NCBI GenBank assembly: GCA_965200965.1
Contig: OZ241744.1
Span: 1,312,001-1,376,000, forward strand
Reading direction: 5' to 3'
Length of the DNA: 64,000 bases
Origin: an uncultured Candidatus Binatia bacterium
GTDB lineage: Bacteria > Desulfobacterota > Binatia > Bin18
Positions within the stretch are counted from its first letter, which is position 1. Every line of letters starts with the position of its first letter. The notes below the pieces were generated by a model. The model saw nothing but the letters and a program-made list of their open reading frames with translations, was not told the origin of the DNA and searched no databases. Positions 57,546 through 64,000 of this stretch are shown here, piece after piece. The position numbers and the translations under genes are program-made.

Positions 57546-59270
57546 ATGCGTCACAACACTCCGTTCAGACATCGCGCCCACCGCTGGCCGGCCGGCGCAG
57601 TCCAAAGTCTGCTGGCCGGGCTGGCGCTCTTCGTCTCTGTGTCCAGCGCCCAGGCCCAGTTCACAGCCGAGCCCCTGTCCTTCTCCGGCAATGTCCAGAC
57701 CCAACAGATTTTTCGTCATCCCGAGGTGGACAAGTGGTCAATTGTCCAGCAGCGCAACACCGTCCGGCTGCGGCTGGAGTACGACTGGGTTCGGGGCGGG
57801 CGGATTCTTGACCGGTTTCACTTGCCGTGGATTAAATCGGCCCACTTTGTCGGCCTGTACCGGGGGGTGTACGACAGCGTGTACGACTTCCGGCCCGGTC
57901 CCCGCCAAGAGATTTTTCCCTATAAAGGCCGGGCCGGTCGGGGCGATAGCTTGGCCAATCTCGACCGCGGGGCCGCCCAGGCCCTGCGCTTCGAGAGCGA
58001 CTTTCGTGAGGTCTATACCGACATCGAGCTGGCCGATATTCCCCTCACCCTGCGGCTGGGGCGGCAGATGATAGTATGGGGGGAGTCGGATAACCTGCGT
58101 ATCCTCGACCGCACCAACGCCCTGGACGCGACCTGGCACGGTGGCGGGGTGGGCCAGGAAACCTGGGACGACCTGCGTATTCCGTACTGGATGATCCGCG
58201 CCACCTGTAATTTTGGTCAGATCGGTCGCGTGAGCGATGTGTTTCTCGAAACCTACTGGGTGCCGGGCCTGTGGTCACCGCTCAAGTTCGGCTACACGCC
58301 AGGTCGGCCGTGGAGCTTCCCGTTTGCCAACTCCTTGGCCGGCAGTCCGACCGGTGGAAACTTCAGACTGCTGAGGGGAACCGTGCTGGGCCGCCAGGGC
58401 GACTACCACAGGAATATCAGCGAGAACAGCCAAGTCGGCGTACGCCTAGGTGGCACCACACCGTCCAGCCTGACCCTGACCCTCAACTATCTGTACCAGC
58501 GTGTTGCCCACGATGACGGGGTCAATACGGCCAGCCTGCGCGGCCGCAACCAGTGCCGGCTGGGCTCGGCCCGCTGCCCTTCGGTCGCCCAACTGGCCAG
58601 CGAGAACACGGCCCTGATGGCGCGCGGCATTCTGCCGGCCGAGGCGCATTATCCGTATACCCACACCTTTGGTATCTCGGCCAGTTATGCCGACGACACC
58701 TATACCGAGGGCGTGTTTCGGATGGAGACGATTTACGAACTGGGCAAGCCATTTGCCGACAAGCGCAAACCCATCTTGGTCCTGGACGCGGCCGGTAATC
58801 CTGGGCCGAGCGGCCTGCTGGGCGTCAAAAAGAGCGATGTGTGGCAGGCTTTTGTTGGCTTTGACCGGCCAACCTGGATCAGGAGCCTGAACCGGCGCTC
58901 GACCTTTTTTCTGACCAGCCAGTTGTTCTGGCAGTACATCCCCACTGGCACATCCCGCTTTCAGGGCCAGCTGTCGGCGACCGACAAGGTCCGCACCTGG
59001 GAGGCGGTCGGCACAATTGCAGCCAGTACCCTGTATATGCGCGGCAAGCTGCTGCCGGTCGCTTTTTATGTGCTTGACCCGATCAACCACTACAGTTCAC
59101 AGTTTGGCTGGGTGGTTGATTACTACATCACCCCGCGGCTGATTGTCCGCCTTGCTCAGAGCTATTTCTTTGTCCCCGGCTACGGCGGTCAGGTTGACGA
59201 GAGTTGGGGTTTAGGCGGTCTGTATCGACGCTGGGATGAAACCGTGTTACGGCTGACCTACCAGTTCTAA
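57546..59270 (+). CDS. DUF1302 family outer-membrane beta-barrel
   Basis: Signal peptide; YDSVYD, FREVY.D, RLGRQMIVWGESD..RILD; C-terminal Phe (LTYQF). Confidence 0.8.
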   Translation: MRHNTPFRHRAHRWPAGAVQSLLAGLALFVSVSSAQAQFTAEPLSFSGNVQTQQIFRHPEVDKWSIVQQRNTVRLRLEYDWVRGGRILDRFHLPWIKSAHFVGLYRGVYDSVYDFRPGPRQEIFPYKGRAGRGDSLANLDRGAAQALRFESDFREVYTDIELADIPLTLRLGRQMIVWGESDNLRILDRTNALDATWHGGGVGQETWDDLRIPYWMIRATCNFGQIGRVSDVFLETYWVPGLWSPLKFGYTPGRPWSFPFANSLAGSPTGGNFRLLRGTVLGRQGDYHRNISENSQVGVRLGGTTPSSLTLTLNYLYQRVAHDDGVNTASLRGRNQCRLGSARCPSVAQLASENTALMARGILPAEAHYPYTHTFGISASYADDTYTEGVFRMETIYELGKPFADKRKPILVLDAAGNPGPSGLLGVKKSDVWQAFVGFDRPTWIRSLNRRSTFFLTSQLFWQYIPTGTSRFQGQLSATDKVRTWEAVGTIAASTLYMRGKLLPVAFYVLDPINHYSSQFGWVVDYYITPRLIVRLAQSYFFVPGYGGQVDESWGLGGLYRRWDETVLRLTYQF

Positions 59271-59299
59271 ACCGCGCCTCAGGCGACACAGGGGGAGAT

Positions 59300-59905
59300 A
59301 TGGCAGAACAATGGACGCTGAACGGTGATTATTTTGAATCGTGCAACTGTGATCTGGTATGCCCCTGCCTGATTCAGGCCACACCGCCACGCGGCCGCTG
59401 CGATGCGGCCTTGGCCTTTCATATTGACCAGGGCAGCTACGGCCACACCGCCCTAGGCGGCCTGAACGCCGTGTTTGTGGCGTCTTTTCCCGGCCCGGGC
59501 AAGATGATCGAGGGCAATTGGACGGCCGCGGCCTATGTGGACGCCGCCGCGTCCGAGGCCCAGCGGGAAGCGCTGAGCGCTATCTATTCAGGTCAGGCCG
59601 GCGGACCAATGCAAATGGTTTTTTCCCTGGTCAGCAATTTCTTAGGCATCACAAGTGCGCCCATCAGCTATGAAATTGACGGCAAGGCCCGCCGGCTGCG
59701 CATCCCCGACATTCTCGCCATCGACATTGAGGCAATCACCGGTCGGGACGGCACTGAGCCCCTGTGGGCGACCAACGCCACCCATCCGGTGTCCTCGAAA
59801 CTGGCCCTGGCCCAGTCCAGAGCCTACCGCTACGCCGACCACAACCTGGTCTGGGATGTGAGCGAAACGAACGGCCATTTTGCGCCGTTCAGCTGGCACA
59901 GTTAG
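59300..59905 (+). CDS. DUF1326 family Cys-rich protein
   Basis: G.YFESCNC...CPC...C; A...QREAL..I.SG..GG. Confidence 0.85.
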   Translation: MAEQWTLNGDYFESCNCDLVCPCLIQATPPRGRCDAALAFHIDQGSYGHTALGGLNAVFVASFPGPGKMIEGNWTAAAYVDAAASEAQREALSAIYSGQAGGPMQMVFSLVSNFLGITSAPISYEIDGKARRLRIPDILAIDIEAITGRDGTEPLWATNATHPVSSKLALAQSRAYRYADHNLVWDVSETNGHFAPFSWHS

Positions 59906-59911
59906 GCGCTC

Positions 59912-60682
59912 ATGCGCGGCCGCGACAGCCTGATCATCATTGGCAGTCTGGCCGCGGTGTCGATCGTGGCGTGGGTGCTCACGGTCCGCGAGATGGGCGA
60001 CATGGGCCTCGGCCTGATGACCCCCAGCATGACGATGGGCCGACCCGTTTCGGTCGCCAACGCCGGGCTGTACATCCTCTTGTGGGGCATCATGATGGTG
60101 GCCATGATGTTTCCGTCCATCGCGCCCATGGTCATGCTGTTCTCGACCATATCGCGCCGCAAGCGGGAGCAGGCCGACCCGTTGGTACCGGTCTGGCTCT
60201 TTGTTGTCGGCTACACGCTGGTCTGGACCCTGACCGGCAGCCTGGCATATGCGGGTGATGTGGCGATCCAGTCTCTGCCCCACACCTTGCCCGGCCTGCG
60301 GGCGTATGGCCCGGCCCTTGGCGGCGGCCTGCTTGTTCTTGCCGGGCTGTACCAGCTCACGCCCTTGAAATACCTGTGTTTGACCCAGTGTCGCTCGCCG
60401 CTCGGCTTTTTGCTTCAGCACTGGCGGAAGGGCGCGTGGGGGGCCTTTCTGATGGGCTTTCACCACGGCACCTTTTGTCTGGGCTGCTGCTGGAGCCTGA
60501 TGGCAGTGATGTTTGTGATGGGCACGATGAACTTGCTGTGGATGGGCATTCTGGCCCTTGTCATCTTCATGGAAAAAATTGTGCCGCACGGCGTAGCGCT
60601 GGGAAAAGGCGTCGGGATTGCTCTGATCGGCCTAGGACTGCTGCTCGCGGCCTATCCGGGGGTCGGACTGACACCGAACTAG
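59912..60682 (+). CDS. DUF2182 family predicted metal-binding membrane protein
   Basis: WGIMMVAMMFPS, YQLTPLK..CL..CRSP, CLGCCW.LM..MF..G.MN. Confidence 0.88.
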   Translation: MRGRDSLIIIGSLAAVSIVAWVLTVREMGDMGLGLMTPSMTMGRPVSVANAGLYILLWGIMMVAMMFPSIAPMVMLFSTISRRKREQADPLVPVWLFVVGYTLVWTLTGSLAYAGDVAIQSLPHTLPGLRAYGPALGGGLLVLAGLYQLTPLKYLCLTQCRSPLGFLLQHWRKGAWGAFLMGFHHGTFCLGCCWSLMAVMFVMGTMNLLWMGILALVIFMEKIVPHGVALGKGVGIALIGLGLLLAAYPGVGLTPN

Positions 60683-60764
60683 GACATGTTCGGCAAGCTT
60701 GACGGCTGCCTCCCCGACAGGATAGGGAAGGTTGGACGGGCACAAAATAAGGAAGGAGTTACGC

Positions 60765-62444
60765 ATGGCCTACGATCTGTTGATTAAAAACGGGACGCTT
60801 GTAGACGGGACAGGGGCGCAGCGCTATCGCGCCGATGTGGCGGTAGCCAACGGCACAATTGCCGCCATTGGCAGAATCACCGAGGGTGCCAAAAAAATCA
60901 TTGACGCCTCGGACTTGGTGGTGACACCCGGCTTTTTTGATCCGCACACCCATTACGACGCCCAGATCTGTTGGGACCCGGTCATTACCTGTTCGTCCTG
61001 GCACGGGGTCACCAGTGTCATGATGGGCAACTGCGGCGTGGGTCTCGCCCCGTGCAAGCCGGATGTACGGGAAATTGCCGCCTGGGATCTGGTCAATGTG
61101 GAGGCAATTCCCTTTGAGGTCTTGTCCCAAGGCGTGACCTGGGACTGGGAGACCTTTCCCGAATATATGGACGCCGCGGCCAAACGCGGCTCAGGTATCA
61201 ACCTCGGCTTTATGGCTCCGCTGACCCCGTTCCGCCACTACGTCATGGGCGAAGAGTCTATGGACCGAGCGGCCACGCCTGAAGAGACGACCCGGATCGC
61301 AGCCCTGCTGCAGGGCGCGATGGAGGCTGGCGCGTTTGGTTTTTCGACCACCAACGGTCCCCAGCATATTGGCTATCAGGGCCGGCCGCTGGCCTGCCGG
61401 CTGGCCAGCCGAGAAGAGTTGGCCGCGTACGGCGGAGTGCTCAAAGCCTTGGGTCGAGGCACAATTGAGCTGGCCCTCAACGACAACCCGGGCGTAGTGT
61501 CTGAGAGCGACTATGCGCTGCTGGACCACTTGGCCAGCTCCAGCAACCGCCCGGTGACTTGGCTGGCCCTGCTGTCACGGGACGACAAGCCCGATGTGTG
61601 CATGGACACCCTGGAACGGACCCTGCCGCTTATCAGGCGCGGCGTCGTGCCCCAGGTCTCACCCCGACCCCTGAGCGTCCAGATCAACCTGCGCAATCCG
61701 TTTATCTTCGCCAACCTCCCGTCGTGGAATCCGGCGTTTAACCGAACGGCCGCAGAGCAGATCAAGCTGTACCGTGAGCCGCCCTTCCGCCAGGCCTTCC
61801 GCAAGACCCTGGACGAGCCCCGGGTGTTTGCCGGCCAGTGGGACCGGGTAATTGTCCATGAGGCCGGCAAGCCTGGCCTCAAACAGCACGAGGGCAAGAC
61901 CGTCGCCGAGGTGGCCGCAGAACGAGGCACCGACGGCCTCGACACCTTCCTGGACCTGGCTATTGAGGACGAGCTCACCATGCAGTACGTCATGTACCTG
62001 TTCAACGCCAGCGAAGAGCGGGTGGCCGAGTTGATCAACCATCCCAACACCCTGATCGGGCTGTCGGATGGTGGTGCTCACGTCGATATGCTGTGTGATG
62101 CCGGCTATTGCACCTACCTGCTCGGCCACTGGGTGCGTGAAAAGCAGGCCATCAGCCTAGAGCAGGCGGTCCGGCGGCTCACCTCAGAGCCGGCCGGCTT
62201 CTTTGGCGTGCGGGACCGTGGTACCCTGCAACGGGGCAAAGCCGCGGATATCGCCATCTTTGACGCCGACGCCATCGGCTCGCCCAAACGGCCCGAGATG
62301 CGCCACGACCTGCCGGGCGGCGGCCGTCGTCTGGTGATGCCGGCTCACGGCGTCCTGCACACGATTGTGAACGGCGAAGTCCTCTACCAGGACGCTCAGC
62401 ATACCGGGGCGATGCCGGGTCAAGTATTGCGCTCGCACGCATAG
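60765..62444 (+). CDS. N-acyl-D-amino-acid deacylase family amidohydrolase
   Basis: PGFFDPHTHYDAQ, HGVTSVMMGNCG, SDGGAH; AAGGAG RBS before ATG 60765. Confidence 0.9.
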   Translation: MAYDLLIKNGTLVDGTGAQRYRADVAVANGTIAAIGRITEGAKKIIDASDLVVTPGFFDPHTHYDAQICWDPVITCSSWHGVTSVMMGNCGVGLAPCKPDVREIAAWDLVNVEAIPFEVLSQGVTWDWETFPEYMDAAAKRGSGINLGFMAPLTPFRHYVMGEESMDRAATPEETTRIAALLQGAMEAGAFGFSTTNGPQHIGYQGRPLACRLASREELAAYGGVLKALGRGTIELALNDNPGVVSESDYALLDHLASSSNRPVTWLALLSRDDKPDVCMDTLERTLPLIRRGVVPQVSPRPLSVQINLRNPFIFANLPSWNPAFNRTAAEQIKLYREPPFRQAFRKTLDEPRVFAGQWDRVIVHEAGKPGLKQHEGKTVAEVAAERGTDGLDTFLDLAIEDELTMQYVMYLFNASEERVAELINHPNTLIGLSDGGAHVDMLCDAGYCTYLLGHWVREKQAISLEQAVRRLTSEPAGFFGVRDRGTLQRGKAADIAIFDADAIGSPKRPEMRHDLPGGGRRLVMPAHGVLHTIVNGEVLYQDAQHTGAMPGQVLRSHA

Positions 62445-62475
62445 TCGGCCCAGTCCTGACCCATACCGCAGACAC

Positions 62476-62510
62476 AAGGCAGGAGGGGAGCGGCTTCCTG
62501 CCTTTTCTTT
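62476..62510 (+). terminator. Intrinsic terminator
   Basis: AAGGCAGGA...TCCTGCCTT stem running into TTTTCTTT. Confidence 0.65.
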
Positions 62511-62520
62511 AGGCGGTCGA

Positions 62521-62910
62521 ATGCTACGCGCTCGCTACGCTTGGCTCCTGTTTGGGCATCTTCTCTTGCCCGGCTGTGGTCCAAGCCCCGAGGACGCCCG
62601 CCGAGAGCTTGCCCTGTACGGGCTGCGCTGGGACCAGGCGCATTTTCTGGCCTATGCCGAGTTGGGCGGAACCCGGATCGTTGAGCTCTTCCTGCTGGGT
62701 GGGATGCACCCCGATGTCACCGACATCATGGGCCGCACGGCCCTGATGAGAGCGGCCAGCAACGGCCATATTGAGACGGTCGAGACCCTGCTTGCGGCCG
62801 GTGCCAATCCGCGCCTGAAGGATCATTTTACCGGACAGACCGTCCTCTCCCTGGCCAGAGAAAACGGCCATGCCCGGATTGTCAGACTGCTTGAACGGCC
62901 GCCCGAATAG
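62521..62910 (+). CDS. Small ankyrin-repeat protein, possible lipoprotein
   Basis: LLLPGC lipobox-like segment; GRTALMRAASNGHIETVETLLAAGANP and GQTVLSLARENGH. Confidence 0.82.
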   Translation: MLRARYAWLLFGHLLLPGCGPSPEDARRELALYGLRWDQAHFLAYAELGGTRIVELFLLGGMHPDVTDIMGRTALMRAASNGHIETVETLLAAGANPRLKDHFTGQTVLSLARENGHARIVRLLERPPE

Positions 62911-62911
62911 C

Positions 62912-64000
62912 ATGTATCAGTTCACCAGCCTGCTCGGCGTCCTTGTTTGCATCGGGATTGCCGTCCTGCTGTCCGAGAACCGGCGGCGCATCTCAGGCCG
63001 CCTGATTGGGGCCAGCCTCCTCCTCCAGGGCCTCATCGCCGGCCTCTTCCTGGCTTTTCCGCCCGTCGTCAGCCTAGTCGAACTGACCGCCCGGGGCGTT
63101 ATCCGGGTGCTGTCCTTTGCCCAGCGGGGCAGCCAGTTTGTCTTTGGTCCATCTCTGACCGACACCGACAGTCCGTGGGGCTTTATCTTTGCCGTCCAGG
63201 TGTTGCCCGGCATTGTATTCGTCGCCGCCCTGATGTCTGTCCTCTACCATGCAGGGGTCATGCAACGCCTGATCGGCCTCTTAGCCTGGCTGCTCAGACG
63301 CAGTCTGGGGGTGACAGGCAGCGAGGCGTTGGCGGTGGCGGCCAATATCTTTGTCGGCCAGACCGAAGCCCCGCTGTGTGTCAAGCCCTATATTGCCGGC
63401 ATGACCCGCTCGCAACTCATGACGCTCATGACCGGGGGCTTTGCCACCGTGTCGGGCAGTGGGTTGGCGGCCTATATCGGGCTGCTCAGCGGCAACGCCC
63501 CGGACGCCGCGCTTGTCTTCACCCACCACCTGCTGACCGCCAGTGTGTTGTCCGCCCCGGCCGCCTTTTTGATGGCCAAAACACTCGTGCCCGAAACCGA
63601 GCCGGCAATGGATGAAGCCCAAGCGGCCCGCCTGCCGGCGCGCGAGACCCACAATATGATCGACGCCCTGGCCTCGGGCGCGGCTGACGGACTGTGGCTG
63701 GCCCTCAATATCGGGGTGATGCTGCTCGCCTTTGTCGCCTTCCTGGCCTTGCTGAACTGGCCCCTGGAAGTGCTGAGCGCCTGGCCCCCTGTGGCTGCCT
63801 GGCGCGACCAGCTTGGCCTGCCACCGCTGACCTTACAGACCCTGTTCGGCATCTTTTTGACCCCGCTCGCCGCGGCCATGAGTATCCCCTGGGAGGAGTG
63901 TCGCGCCTTTGGCGGGCTGCTAGGCGAAAAAGTGCTGGCGACCGAGCTGGTGGCCTATCAGTCTCTGGCCTCGTTATTACAAGCGGATACCGGAGTTATC
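62912..64000 (+). CDS. CNT-family (NupC) nucleoside transporter, partial, runs off right edge; not in ORF track
   Basis: Manual translation MYQFTSLLGVLVCIGIAVLLSENRRRI...GSQFVFG...FAVQVLPGIVF...ANIFVGQTEAPL...GGFATVSG. Confidence 0.9.
   Translation, partial: MYQFTSLLGVLVCIGIAVLLSENRRRISGRLIGASLLLQGLIAGLFLAFPPVVSLVELTARGVIRVLSFAQRGSQFVFGPSLTDTDSPWGFIFAVQVLPGIVFVAALMSVLYHAGVMQRLIGLLAWLLRRSLGVTGSEALAVAANIFVGQTEAPLCVKPYIAGMTRSQLMTLMTGGFATVSGSGLAAYIGLLSGNAPDAALVFTHHLLTASVLSAPAAFLMAKTLVPETEPAMDEAQAARLPARETHNMIDALASGAADGLWLALNIGVMLLAFVAFLALLNWPLEVLSAWPPVAAWRDQLGLPPLTLQTLFGIFLTPLAAAMSIPWEECRAFGGLLGEKVLATELVAYQSLASLLQADTGVI

Overview
High-GC bacterial chromosomal DNA with about 50 genes; I found no rRNA, tRNA, CRISPR array or intact transposase. 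The gene content (CuMMO accessory gene, PQQ dehydrogenase, several luciferase-like and amidohydrolase paralogs, DUF1302/DUF1329, TPR, ankyrin and repeat-rich surface proteins) fits an uncultured deltaproteobacteria-like lineage such as Candidatus Binatia, possibly host-associated; this taxonomy is inference only. Main points: (1) a compact candidate phosphosphingolipid cluster at 6.4-16 kb: Spt, GNAT ceramide synthase, ceramide reductase, His-box desaturase/hydroxylase, DAGK-type kinase, Tam41-like cytidylyltransferase, CDP-alcohol phosphotransferase and a metallophosphoesterase. (2) A peroxiredoxin-like gene split in the ORF track by a UGA at its redox Cys, followed by a SECIS-like hairpin (probable selenoprotein). 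(3) A PmoD/AmoD-like copper protein gene at the left edge, missing from the ORF track. (4) A PQQ alcohol dehydrogenase with the lanthanide-type D-x-D motif. (5) A repeat-rich beta-helix surface protein. (6) Many frameshifted or deletion-fused remnants (helicase, BoxC/BoxB-like chimera, decarboxylase, R-M pair, VWA paralog), due to genome erosion or assembly error. Family assignments come from motif recognition, not database searches.
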